Position numbers and translations under genes: made by a program. DNA of 64,000 nucleotides from Yuukianura sp. NJ FZ-2021 (lineage: Eukaryota): contig CM102286.1 of the NCBI GenBank assembly GCA_046563655.1, positions 4,402,001 to 4,466,000 on the forward strand, in the 5' to 3' direction. Below are positions 34,426 through 47,378 of this stretch, one piece after another (position 1 is the stretch's first letter; every line of letters begins with the position of its first letter). A model generated the notes under the pieces. It made no database searches, was not told where the DNA came from, and worked only from the letters and a program-made list of their open reading frames with translations.

Positions 34426-36548
34426 TATGGAGGGATTCTGGTGGCTAAATTATTTTAAATTTTCGCGCGTTAAAAAACGTTTCGCGCATTAAAAACGACA
34501 GTTTCCGCCAATTAAAACAACGCGCGAAAAGTATTTTTAATTGGCGGAACGTTTATTGCAGAAAAAGTAAATTGCAGGAAAAATCAATTGCAGTAACTCT
34601 ATTGCAGTAAAAACTCGTTTTTTACCATTTCAAAATTTGTCTTTTACCATTTAAAATTTTGCCATTTACCATTTAAAGTTTTGTCATTTACCATTTAAAA
34701 GCTTGTTTTTTACCATTTAAAAATTTTGTCATTTACCGTTTAAACTTGTTTTTTGCCATTTAAAAATTTTGTCATTTACCATTTAAAACTTTGTTTTTTA
34801 CCATTTAAAAGCTTGTTTTTTACCATTTAAAAGTTTGCTTTTTACCATTTCAAATTTTGTTATTTACCGTTTAAAATTTTGTCTTTTGCCATTTCAGTTT
34901 TGTATTTTGCCATTTCAAACTTTGTCTTTTACCGTTTCAAAGTTTGTCATTTAAAAGTTTGTTTTTCGCCAATTGATTGCACTAAAAGTCCCACATGGCC
35001 CAGCTCCCCGTGCAAAGATGGGCAAATAAATTATTCCTAATCTTAATTATTTCGTTAAGCTAACTACGTCATAAATATGAAAATAATCTACTAAAATTAA
35101 TGTATATTTTTTGTATTAATTATATTAATATTTAAGGCGCCTAATGGTTATTAAATACAATGCTGTTGGTTGTAGCATTTGTTCATTTGGACATTGACAA
35201 AGTGACAAGTCACAAGCCGGTTGACGTAAGGTATACCATGCACAATTGTACATTGTAGCCAGTGTTGGTGGATGCTTAAACGTTCAGTGGCTTAATTGCC
35301 ACTTCCACTGGATATCCACTGGAAGAAATGCTCCCGAAATGGATGAAACTTTTAGTGGATGGAAGAAATTAAGAATTTAGCGCGAAATTCAAAAGAAATT
35401 CAAATTTAAAATTGCAAAAAAATGTGAAAAAGAGTTTTTTTTTCATCGTTAAAATTAATTATTTATTTAAAACTGATACAAAAACGATATTTCCTTCGTT
35501 TTTGTACGGTATTTTGAATTACTCAATCTTGTTGTATTTAATTAATTAAAATCCCGCGGGCAATGCTCCGCCCCTTTGGATTCATCCATTCATCCTAATC
35601 TTCATTTCTTCCATCCACTAAAAGTTTCATCCATTTCGGGAGCATTTGTTCCAGTGGATATCCAGTGGAAGTGGCAATTAAGCCACTGAACGTTTAAGCA
35701 TCCACCAACACTGGCTACAATGTACAATTGTGCATGGTATACCTTACGTCAACCGGCTTGTGACTTGTCACTTTGTCAATGTCCAAATGAACAAATGCTA
35801 CAACCAACAGCATTGTATTTAATAACCATTAGGCGCCTTAAATATTAATATAATTAATACAAAAAATATACATTAATTTTAGTAGATTATTTTCATATTT
35901 ATGACGTAGTTAGCTTAACGAAATAATTAAGATTAGGAATAATTTATTTGCCCATCTTTGCACGGGAGCTGGGCCATGTGGGACTTTTAGTGCAATCAAT
36001 TGGCGAAAAACAAACTTTTAAATGACAAACTTTGAAACGGTAAAAGACAAAGTTTGAAATGGCAAAATACAAAACTGAAATGGCAAAAGACAAAATTTTA
36101 AACGGTAAATAACAAAATTTGAAATGGTAAAAAGCAAACTTTTAAATGGTAAAAAACAAGCTTTTAAATGGTAAAAAACAAAGTTTTAAATGGTAAATGA
36201 CAAAATTTTTAAATGGCAAAAAACAAGTTTAAACGGTAAATGACAAAATTTTTAAATGGTAAAAAACAAGCTTTTAAATGGTAAATGACAAAACTTTAAA
36301 TGGTAAATGGCAAAATTTTAAATGGTAAAAGACAAATTTTGAAATGGTAAAAAAACGAGTTTTTACTGCAATAGAGTTACTGCAATTGATTTTTTCCTGC
36401 AATTTACTTTTTCTGCAATAAACGTTCCGCCAATTAAAAATACTTTTCGCGCGTTGTTTTAATTGGCGGAAACTGTCGTTTTTAATGCGCGAAACGTTTT
36501 TTAACGCGCGAAAATTTAAAATAATTTAGCCACCAGAATCCCTCCATA
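34426..36548. mobile_element. About 2.1-kb palindromic (foldback-like) element: arms of about 945 bp and a spacer of about 235 bp
   Basis: 34426-35369 is the near-perfect reverse complement of 35604-36548 (termini TATGGAGGGATTCTGG / CCAGAATCCCTCCATA). Flanked by direct repeat CTTTGC (34420-34425, 36549-36554). Confidence 0.85.
34615..34965 (+). repeat. About 21-22-bp minisatellite (TTTTACCATTTAAAAnTTTGTn) in the left arm of the palindromic element; mirrored at about 36005-36360
   Basis: Many degenerate copies of TTTACCATTTAAAA...TTTGT visible directly. Confidence 0.85.
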
Positions 36549-37191
36549 CTTTGCAATTGCATTTGGCATTGCAGTTATTGAACTAATGACATTTTGTAGG
36601 CTGTATTTTTTTGCAAAATAAACGTAAATTGTTTTGAGATAACTTTAATAAACTAAAATGCGAACCAATTTTTTATAAACCAGCTCAACATGGCCTATAA
36701 CTTTGTTATTTTTTTATATGAGCCCGTATTACTCATTGAAATTTCATTTTGACTGAAAGATGAATGAATAATAATTTAAAATAATTTCAAGAAGTGTATT
36801 TTGTACTTCACATATTTTTGGAATGGCCTTTACTGTTTTGCGACTTGCAAATTACCTTTCCATTACTAGTTATTTTTTTCAAAATTTTTGAACTGTTTTT
36901 TTTAATCTAAATACTAAATTTGAAAACTAATTAGTTATCAGCGAATTGTAATTCGATTAAACTATCGGAGTCCACTAATCAATTGTAGTAACATCACTTT
37001 GATCGCTTTTAAACATAGTGGCTCTCAAATCAATCCTCTTGTGGTTCTCGCATGACAATGAGTCATGTATTAACGGTTAGAGTTTAAATCGAATTTTATG
37101 ATCTGCATTCTGCAATAACCAGTATTAAATTCAATCAGCAACCAGCAAGCCGCCGCATCTTCACTGTTATTTGTATTCTCGAAGCTTTGAC

Positions 37192-38460
37192 ATGGGGAGA
37201 AAAATTGTTGTCGTTCGTCACGGTGAAAGGGTTGACTTCACGTTTGGGGATGAATGGGTCGATAACTGCTTTGATGCGAACGGTAAGCGACAAATTATCG
37301 TAACGTATGTTCTTGTGGTGGCGAGTGAACATTACTCTTTTATTCTATATACATCGAATGCTTTCTTCAATGTTATCTTATCATTTTTAAACAGGTAAAT
37401 ATGCGAAGAAGAATTTGAACATGCCGGATGCTGTTCCTCACCGAACACCCTGCGACTTCTTACAAGACTGTCCTTTGACGCAGGTATCTATCTAAATGGA
37501 TATAACAATTAAAAGTGGAATGAAGGCGGTGGACGATGGTTTTCACTATAGAAATGTTTTGTTCCACAGATTGGTAGCCTTCAGGGACACTTGGTAGGGA
37601 AAGGCCTTAGAGAGGAAGCCATCTTGCAACCGGGATTTCAAGTATACGTCTCCCCGGCGTTAAGATCTATCGAAACAGCCGCTGCAATTCTTTCAGGTCA
37701 GGTTCCACATGGCTAAACGCTTTGAGACTAATGTACGACTACATTTCGGGATTGAATGTAAAATGGTGTTAATTTTATATTTTAGGGATGCACCACCCAG
37801 AGCAAAAGCTTCAACTAGAGCCGACACTATTCGAGTGGACGGGATGGTACGCAAAAGGGCTGCCGAAATGGCTGACACCGCAAGAAGTGTCGGATTCTGG
37901 ATTTGAAGTAGACACTACATATTCACCATTTATGGCGGTGTCTGATTTAATCGTAGATGAGCCTGTTGAAGAGTATTATGAACGGAGTTTGCGTCTAGTG
38001 AAGCATCTTCTAGAGAAAGATGGTAAGAATCGACTTTTGGTTTATGCCCTTTCCTCGATTCTATTAGTACTTTTATTTAAACACTGTTTTTACATCACAG
38101 ACAACGATTTGCTTTTGGTTGGACACGGTTCATCACTGGATAGCTTGACGAGACAACTGGTCGGATTATCTCCAAGAGAATTCAGGGATATGATGAACGT
38201 TCTGCGTAAGGCTTTTACATTGAATGAGCAAAACCTGTTAGAATTCACCTTGAGGTTGTGATGTGAAATATTTAACGCCTCGGTATCGTGTTTTAACAGG
38301 CGGAGTTCCCTACTGTGGAGTGGCAATAGTTGAAAAAGATTCAAGTGATACTTGGAAGTTAGTTTCTGCTGCCTCAACTAACATATCAATGCGTCATTCA
38401 TCTGCTTCAGATTTTTGTGCTCTCAAATCCTTCATGGGATCTCCCGATGAAGGTGCGTAA
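37192..38460 (+). CDS. Standalone histidine phosphatase (PGM-family) domain protein, UBASH3/Sts-like, ecdysteroid-phosphate phosphatase-like
   Basis: RHGERVD motif at the N-terminus, NMP, DCPLT.IG, SPALRSIETA, EPTLFEW, LLVGHGSSLD and VPYCG motifs across six exons. No UBA or SH3 exons seen upstream. Confidence 0.85.
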
Positions 38461-39202
38461 AGTCATAACACAATGTGCCGTATTCGTTAATCACTACTTA
38501 TTAATTCCATAGTCGTAGGCAGACGATATCTTGACGATAATGTCAACCTAGCAGCCCCATTTAGTGAACTTTAACTTTTATAGTGGCAGCTCTCCGATTA
38601 TAATGTGATCAGTTTATAGCAACGCAACGTTAATGCAACGTTTCAATTAATCCTTCTTTCGTTTTGTTTTAGTTTAGCTGACGGATCTCCCAAAGCATGC
38701 TTTAATAGTGTCCTGTCACAACTCACAGCAACACGCCATAAATGAACAATATTACTAATCCTATGCACCGTTTTCAAAATTAAATTGTGTTTTGGTAAAT
38801 CCTTGGCTTTAGAATAATCAAGACTGCTTTAAAACCCGTCCGTTTCCAATTCCAAATGCACGATAGCACGATATTGAAGAAGCTGTGTTAGTCCTTGTAA
38901 CCTGTTAATTTCCGCTGAGATTTATGAAAATAAATTGCGATACTGGACAAATCAAATTGCCACCGCCTTTCCTCGCGGTCGCTCTTCAAATGGCAAGACA
39001 TTTCTATGGATTTAATTAGTACTTATCATATAAATGGAATATCAGGGAGGAAAAGAAAGAGGTCGCTATTGTGGCCTGTATGTTCTCAAATAATCTTATT
39101 TTTCCTTAATAACTTAAGTCCTTAAATCCTTTGTCAGAAGAAAAAGCTTACACTATTATATTCATTCATACAGTATGTTAAACGTTAGTGTGAAAATTAT
39201 TC

Positions 39203-40528
39203 TTACGTAGATTTTTCGTGCACAGCTTTGTGAGGTTCCCTATCGTGTAAAATAACTCCAGCGTTGGCATTATTTCTATTGGAAGCAATGCCTGGTGAGA
39301 CGGAAGAGAGAGATGCAATTGAGTCAGGATAACCATTTTCTGGCGGTGTCATCTGTACGTTGCTCTGGACATGGTACTGATACTCTGGTCTGAGAGGCAA
39401 TTGCTGCATATGGAAGGGAATGTATGGATTACTATTGGCTCCCACGGGATTCAAAATGGATGCTGACGATGATGGCGCAGCCACTCGTGGAGAGTCTTGT
39501 TGGAGGTATGCGGCTGGAACAGGCGGGGGCATGTGATAACTGACGAGGTTTGGATCATTGATGTATGAAATTGAACTTCTACGTGGTTCAGCCGCTGGAG
39601 AAGTACCGGAGGAAGAAGAGGTTGCTGTTGATGAAGGTGGCGGGAAAGTGAACGGGTTGTTAGTTGTGGACGAGCGCGGAGTTTCGGCACCTTCTTCGTC
39701 ACCCTGGACGTCTGGGATGGTGGCCACTAGTTCCTTGAGGAAGTCAAATCGATGCTCCGCCAAAATACATTGTTTCCTTCAAGAAAATTTAAATAAATGG
39801 GCGAGTTAACGTAACGTGCATGTAGTGTGTGGTGTGTTGAGTCGCTTACAAATGTGATGGAGTTAGAGTTTTGGCATTCCTGATATTGGTCACAACTTCC
39901 GCTTTCTTCAGTAAGGACTCCACGAAGAGTTCAAGAGCGCGAGGTAAACGTATCGTTAAGGAAAATAATTTCGTTTCGATTTTCATAAAATAAAGCTACT
40001 ACTAAAAGCAGCGTGTAATGCAAATTGCAAGCTTTGCTAAAAATATAAAAGCATTTTATAGTGTTAAAACAAATTTTTGCAGAAAACCGCTGGCCGCACT
40101 TCAAGCACTAGAATGAAGCGTTTGCTGAAGCGTTTGAATACTATAATAATAATAAATAATATCATCGTGTATATTGTGAAGTATGAAGTGGATATAGATA
40201 ATAACCGGTACTGCTTGGGCCACTTTTCCGACTTCTTCATCACTCTGCATGATCTTTTTGATACGAGCCTGAAACGGGACAACAAAAACAAATTTCAAAT
40301 GCCTAATAATAATCCCAATATCGAATCAATAATGTGCAATATTTGAAAGTCGAAGTTACGTCCACACTAGTGCTGAAGAAGGACTAGCTGGGAATATCAT
40401 ACTTTCTTAGGAGACCATTGACCATGCATACAATGTAATGTACTACCATGAAGCCTGTGTAATTGTTTTGAAATTCAACAACTAACCGGGGGAAATCTGG
40501 CATTGTACTTTTTCTTCTTGCTTGGCAT
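39203..40528 (-). CDS. DRAP1: Dr1-associated corepressor (NC2 alpha); exons 40528-40487, 40268-40196, 39943-39850, 39776-39203
   Basis: [53 protein letters not shown]...[24 protein letters not shown] histone fold, then a Pro/Ser-rich tail. Confidence 0.95.
39944..40195 (-). other. U12-type (minor spliceosome) AT-AC intron in DRAP1
   Basis: 5' ss ATATCCAC at 40195, branch site TTTTCCTTAAC at 39965-39955, 3' ss AC at 39944. Excision restores the conserved VPVIISRALELF. Confidence 0.9.
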
Positions 40529-41307
40529 TATCTCCGAAACCCGGGTAGCAACTTCGTCAAAATGTCGTCAGTCTTCACGCTTCAATTACACTACAACAGG
40601 AGGAAGATTTCAAATTTGAAACCCGCCTGCCTGGACTCGCTGGACTTTGGATAAGTAAATCGGTCCGGTGGTGATTATCCAGGAACCAGATCCTCAGTTG
40701 GCTAAATTAGTAAACCCTGCATCATAAATTATGATTCATAATTAGACATTTTGCAAAATGCTTGCAACCCAAAAAGAAAAAGATAATCAGCTGTCTTGGT
40801 TTTCCCATTTTAGCATTTAGCTTACCAATTACTGCTGCGGGGTTAACGTTTCCCTGTGTTCGCGTAGAATAAAACTACCATCGCTTTGATGTTTTTCTAT
40901 AATAATTATTATTGATCGTTATTCTGGCCATGTTATTACGTAAATCTCCTTCCTTATTCTATTTCTAACATCGCAAAATCCACTTTCACTCGAGGTCAAA
41001 TTAAGAGGTCAAAAATGTGCAAAAAATTTTGCAAAGAAAAGAAGGAGCAAGGACAAGGAGCGAACTTTTCTTTTTTGAAATTTTTGAAAAATATTTTGTT
41101 TGCATTTTCCCAGTTTATGTTTCCCGCGTAAATGAATATTCCAAATATTGAAATGTATTGTGCCTACTGACTGCCAGATGGCAGTGTATATTAAGCTAAA
41201 ATTGAAAATGACGCTACTTATCCAGCAAGAAATTCAAAAAGTTTAGACATTTTCAAAAAGACAATCTAGTATTTTGATTAAAAAACTTATTCAATTTTTT
41301 AAAAGTA

Positions 41308-42279
41308 TTATTTATTTGGCGGCCATTGGCACAGTTTCTGCATTTCCTTCTCATGGCGTTCATGCGTGTCTTCAAATGGAATCCAAAACGGAGCTGAATA
41401 CCACGAACTGTCTAAGTGAGCATTTAAACTCGACTAATTAAGTACGTTCGTTTTAAAAGGTTTGGTTGTTGGAACATTTTTTAAAAAATCAACAGATTAC
41501 TTTCAACATAATGGGCGAGTGCATTCAAAGATCGGAACATTCTGATCCCTTTGGAATCCCGGAAGAAGTAAAAGTGCAAATTGGCACTAGTTGAGAAAAT
41601 TTTGAAATGTCTTACTGGAAAGTCTGGACTCAGTCTGAACAGATTGAAAATTAGGCAAAGTTAACCAAAATTGAGTAATTGCAGTAACTATTGCTCAAGA
41701 TACATTAGTCTTGAGAGTCTAAAGTCAGTCAATTAGCCTAACCAACGTACTAACTTGTAAGACAGATAGAACTGGAAAGAATCCTTTGGCATTTCACGAA
41801 TCATGTACTTTTTATGAGGTTTCTTTTTCAGCATAATTTCTGCTTGCTTTTCAGTGATTCCACCACCCCAAAACCTGGTAAAGCAAAAACAATTTTGTAA
41901 GTGCAGTTAAATTTAATAATTAAATAAATATAATAACTAAATAAACATAACTAAATTTTAATTATTTTTGTTACCAATCGTGCGGTTGAATGTTAATCAT
42001 TGGGTCTGCTACATAGCCATGCTTTCCGTTTAGGAATCCGCGATACCATCTTGAATCTCCAATTACAACAGTCAGAGACGTTAGCTAATCAGAATCAGAA
42101 ACATTGAACGCAATCTTTTCGTATTAAATGATTTTGAAAGTTAGAATCCGATTTTACGGATTGCTAAAATTAATTGTATGCACAGAAATAATTTTTACTT
42201 TTATAAGATCTCCTTGCTGAATTGCTAGAAACTGATCTCCATCTCCTGCGAAATCCCGGTTCGCAATAGCCTCCGCCAT
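41308..42279 (-). CDS. Divergent GRB2/Drk-like SH3-SH2 adaptor lacking the C-terminal SH3 (5 exons)
   Basis: MAEAIANRDFAGDGDQFLAIQQGDLIK-LTSL...RWYRGFLNGKHGYV...IQPHDW-FWVGGITEKQAEIMLKKK..KYMIREM...FYLSYK-LSPDFPVRHFKIF...FRSLNALAHYVE aligns by eye with the GRB2 N-SH3 and SH2. Stop at 41308. Confidence 0.7.
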
Positions 42280-42565
42280 CGGTTTCCTCGAAAAACACAC
42301 TGCAAACAGTACGTACTTCCGAAAAGCGCTAAATTTCAAACCAATCTAAATCTACCGACACCTCCATACCCTAATGAACCTTATGAAATTTAATTAAGGT
42401 ATGCGGTTGATCCTGAGTAAGAGAGCAACAAAACCACGAAGAAATTTCTTGTAAAGTGACGCTAATTGTATCTTTAATTGTTTCCTCTGACATACATGAG
42501 AATATTGAGATGCAATGCTACTCTTCTGTGTTTTAACAAATTCGAACTTTAAAGTCATCTATGCT

Positions 42566-43467
42566 TCATTTAATTGTTTTGTCTCCATCAGCGTCTATTC
42601 CAACGTCGGCATCAATCGAAATGGACACATCGCTTTTCCTAAGGCTGTGTACACTCCATTCGGCAATTGATTCCTTATTTTTGTGATATTCAAGCGTCAT
42701 CATGAACTCATCCTGCGCATAAGTTTCAGCCTTCTTGTAAAATGATATTACAAATGTGGCTTCAATTCCATGAAATATTCCTAGTCCAACTTGGACAAAC
42801 ATTGCCCAAATTGTGACTCCCGGGAGACGATGGCTCCTAAGTAGAAATAGGTTGGTGAAGACAATGGTCATGGGAATTAGCAGTTGAAGAAAACAGTACA
42901 CCAGCCATGTTTTGATCATACACATGATTTTCTAAAAAATGAAAATCAAGTTAATAACTTACATTTAAAGGCAAACTTTTGTTTTTTATGTTTGATTTAC
43001 TTTCCGAGCACCTTCGTGTAGAATTATTGCAAAAACTCCTTGAAGCACGAACACGGATAACACAACAATTTTTGTCATTTGCTCTCCTGAAACAGAATTT
43101 TTAAATTTTAGTGCATGATTTAATTTTTAATAAACCTAAAATAGTGTGTCTTTTGTTAGTTTTACTTGCAGCGGCTTTGTCTGTTCCTTCCTTCGACAAA
43201 CTTTCATATTCCAGAGATATTAGCACCACCTTCACCGTTATAGCAATAGTTGCCACAATCTGAAATATTGGAAGTAACAATAATTGTTACTTCTTATACT
43301 AACTTAACTTTAAATAATCTTACAATTATTGTAAGATTACATTTTTAATTTTTTTTTTAAAAAAAACTTAAACACATAAAACTTACGCCTTCAAACAATG
43401 CTATACAACGTATAATCCATCGTAAAGATTCCAAACTCTTGAGCCATTGACGCTTGCCCAAGCACAT
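42566..43467 (-). CDS. Uncharacterised four-transmembrane protein (4 exons; LAPTM/DUF4728-like topology)
   Basis: Spliced frame MCLGKRQWLKSLESLRWIIRCIALFEG-IVATIAITVKVVLISL...-VVLSVFVLQGVFAIILHEGARK-KIMCMIKTWLVYCFLQ... with four hydrophobic segments and GT-AG introns. Confidence 0.6.
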
Positions 43468-44506
43468 TGCACGTCTTCTTTTGTTTTTCGCTCTGAGAGT
43501 CCTTGCAAGAAAGCACTCCAGATTTTGTTTTTCAAATGAAACTGAACAAAACTTTCAAAACAACATTTCCAAAATAATGATAACAGTTTTTGTTTTAAAA
43601 ATATGAGAAGTTTTGTTCACGTTCAAACTACTTAAGTAGTTTCTAGATTTCAGATTCTTAAGTATAGTTTCCCCGTCAAATCTGATGCCTAACAGCACAA
43701 CTTGTTGATTTATTCTTATTTCAATCACGAAGTTTTGAATAGTTTTAAAGAAATTTTTAAAATATTGAACCTTCTGAGCTGTTTGACTTTATATTGTGTT
43801 CCAATATGTCAGTTTTCCTGATGACTCCATACCATTTTTTTTTCTTTTATTTTCATAAAATTTATTGATTAACTTTAGAACGGTCAAATGGAACTACTAC
43901 ATTTAAATTAACTTAGCATAGGCGTTCTAAGCAGGCTAACCACAACCTTTCCGCTTCCGTTTGTTCTTTAGAAAGTCGTTCATCCATCTGCAAGACTAAA
44001 AGCCATCAATTTTTTAGTAACGTTTACATTAAGAACTTTTTCAGAATTCAAAAAGGTCAAACGTATACCACTTTTGCTATATTGGTTTTTGCCGTTTTTG
44101 CAATTTCTTCGTTGAGCTCTCTCTAACTAATCGTAAGTGATTGATGTAAAGCGGTTTTAGTTTTTTGGGTTTTCAGTACAATGCTATTTGAGGACAATGC
44201 TACCTTGAATACACATGAACTGGCAACTTAATATTCACAATTCCTACTATAAATGCTTGGTTTGGAAATGAAAGTGGGCTACCTCAACCCAGGTCACAAA
44301 TCCTCACACATCTAGGTCAAATTTGATGAAAATTATTATGCAGTTTTGCTGATTCCTGGAAATCAACTACTGTGCTCAATATCCTTCAGCTCAAGGAAAA
44401 TATAAAAACGTTGGCCTAAAAAATAGTTGAGGTGCTTGAAAAAAAACTGGGATTTGATTTCAGACGCTAAAGCTGAGCAAAGAATTTTCGAATTCGGTTT
44501 GCCACC

Positions 44507-45371
44507 ATGGCCCACGGCGTAATTGTATTCGCAACATTTTTTCTTTTTGGAATGATTTCGGGAGCAGAGATTCAGACGAAGCGATACTACCATATCGAAG
44601 CCTTCGACGGTTCAGTACGATAAATTATAAAAGATATGATACAACTAAAAAAACTTAAATTGAAACTAACATTTTACGAAAATTTTCCAGTTGGTGACAA
44701 TCGGAGGAGACAATTCAGACGGAGTGAAAGTTATCACTGAAGACAATCATGGAAGTGATCCCCGGCAGAGTTTCTGGGTTGGAGCAGGTATGATTCTTAT
44801 GAAGATAAGGAAATTATTATTTATAATGCATTTTTAAAAATGTAAAATAATTGGCTAAGTTAAAGTTAAATATAGTTTAAGACGTATATTTGGTTGATTA
44901 AATCTATAACAGGAGACTCACATGAACTTCAGCCACAAGCACAAAACACATTTTCAACCTTAACGGTGGCCCTCGAGCTGAAGTCGAAGTTAATCGTTCA
45001 ACAGGTAAAAACTACTTCAACGTTACGAAAATTGTGGGAAAAGTTGTGTTTGATTTTAATTTTTTTCTAACGAATCTTAGACGCGGGGCTACTTCGCACG
45101 ACGTCAGTGGTGGCATATCCATGACTTGGGCGAAAATAAATATGCCGTTCAAAACGTAGACTCAGGACTTTGCATGTCTTCCAATGGGTAAATTAGCTAA
45201 TTTTTCATTTATATTACTCAATGAACACTGCATGATAAATTTTTGTAATTATTTTTTTTTTCTAGAAAACCCAACAAGCTTGTCGGAGCAATTTGTGACC
45301 GCAGTTCTGTCAACCAAACTTTTGTCTTTAATCCAGTTCCGAAGAGATCAGCTCCTGTGAATTTAGAATGA
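44507..45371 (+). CDS. Secreted ricin B-type (beta-trefoil) lectin-like protein A (5 exons)
   Basis: GCCACCATGG start; signal peptide MAHGVIVFATFFLFGMISG; QxW-like repeats DPRQSFW, RQWWHI, NQTF; NVDSGLCM. Not in the ORF track. Confidence 0.7.
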
Positions 45372-46160
45372 GTAAACGCTGATTTGACCCTCACTTTTTT
45401 CCGATTTGACCTTAATGCATTAATTTTATTTTGAATTATTAGTTCAGTTTGACAGAAATCAAAGCGTATTAGTAGTTCTTATTAGCTGAAGTTGTGAAAA
45501 CATTCAATTAATTAAAAAAATTCGAATTAAACCTCTGTTAACATTTCTTTTGCTTAATTTAAAACTTGCGTTATCTATCAGTGAATTAATAAATCGGTTA
45601 ATATAAATTGAGATAGCTCCTTTTAAGTATAAAAAATTCATGAAATTGATAAAATTTTAAATAAACTAGTTGATTTCTGACAAGAAAAGCTTTGAAGAAT
45701 CCCGATGTGGTTGATTTTCGTGTTGTTGAGTTCCGTTATTACACAACGTTTGGACATAAACGTTTGAGTTTAATTGAATGCATTAGATTGCACTAAATGT
45801 GATTAGAAAAATTGAAGTGTTTTCTTATGCTTTGAAAATTATTTTTTTTAAAAAATCGCAAAAATCAATTTCAATTCATTTCCAAAATGTATTTCTCAAT
45901 GTTTTCGTAACAATTATTCTTGGATATACATATGTAATGGAATGTCAGGTTCTGGTTTACATATGAATATCGTTATTTGGATTTGGGGCACAGAAATACT
46001 TTCTCCAAATTTCCATACCCTACCAAAATCATTTTGGAAACGAGCCATGAACTGTTTGGTTTCCAGTTGTTAGTCCTGTCGCAACAATTAGCGAATTGTG
46101 CCTATTTACCTATATAAAGCATATTTTCATATCCAACCGACTGGATTTTAAAACGGCAAA

Positions 46161-47027
46161 ATGAAGCAATTTCTAACCACAATTGTGTTAACGATTTTGT
46201 TGTTTTCACCTTTTTCTCAAACAGTGGATCTGGAGCTGAGAAGATTTTACAGAATTCAAAACAATGCAGACATGACGGTAATTAACATTAAACTTGATTG
46301 AGATTAATGCTACCAACAAAATTGCTGAACTGAAACTTTTCAAATGTTTGTCAAGGTTTTGACAGTTGCCGGACATGGCCACATTATGGAAAACGGGAAA
46401 ATTATTACTCAGGATTCATCGGCATACGTGAGAGATCCCAAGCTACAATCATTTTGGATCGGAAGCCGAGTTGGAATTGGTAACTTCATTTTCAATTTTA
46501 ATTTATTTCAATTAATCTAAAAACATAATGTGTTTAAACTTAGCTAAAATAAATTTTTAACAGATCAAAGTATTTATGAAATCAGTCCCTCAAGCCAAAA
46601 TACAGCCATCAGTCTAGTTTTGGAGGAAGACACCACTGCTAAATTACTGTTTCAACAGGTCAGTATTAAAATTAAATTAAAATTGCATACTGTTAAATGA
46701 TGTCTTGGAACAATTCTTTTTTATTCTTCCGTTTGCAGATTCGTCACTTTAGAAATACACAGTGGTGGAAAATAGCTGATGCCGGTGACGGAACCTGGCA
46801 AATCATAAATGACAACTCCAATTCCTGCCTTGCATCTCGAGGGTGAGCATCTTTTTACTAACTAATTATCTTACCGTTACATTTCTAAATAAGTATTTCA
46901 ATTCTCACTTTTAAATTCTACTTTGAATAGGTCCGGAATGCAAGTCGGAAGTGAGATGTGCGACTTTAGCGTTAAAAATCAGTCGTGGACGTTCACAATA
47001 GAAAGAAAAGGAGATTCATTCCCATAA
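46161..47027 (+). CDS. Secreted ricin B-type lectin-like protein B (5 exons), tandem paralog of A
   Basis: Signal peptide MKQFLTTIVLTILLFSPFSQT; LQSFW, NTQWWKI, NDNSNSCLAS, CDFSVKNQSWTF; same exon structure as gene A. Confidence 0.72.
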
Positions 47028-47378
47028 GAATACTTTCACTGACACAGACGCCTGCGACGTGCGACATTCGGATTTGTACGTAGTAGTACTAGACGCTGCA
47101 CCAGAAGACGCTGCGCATAAGAAGCTAAAAATATGGAATTTGGTTTTATAACTCTGTGACGAAATTTACAGAAGCAGCAATGTGAAAGGTGTAAATTAAC
47201 TTAAATTGTAGTAAAATAAAAAGTAATGATTTCATTAAATATAAACTAGGTAAATGAAATTCGTATGTCCAACTTTGTTGAGTACGGAAAAAAGAGAAGA
47301 GTGGAACGCGCGTAGCTCTTAGTTTGGCCCGTCTTATTCAGTAAAAACTTTTTTTTACACACTTTTTTCAGTCGACCT

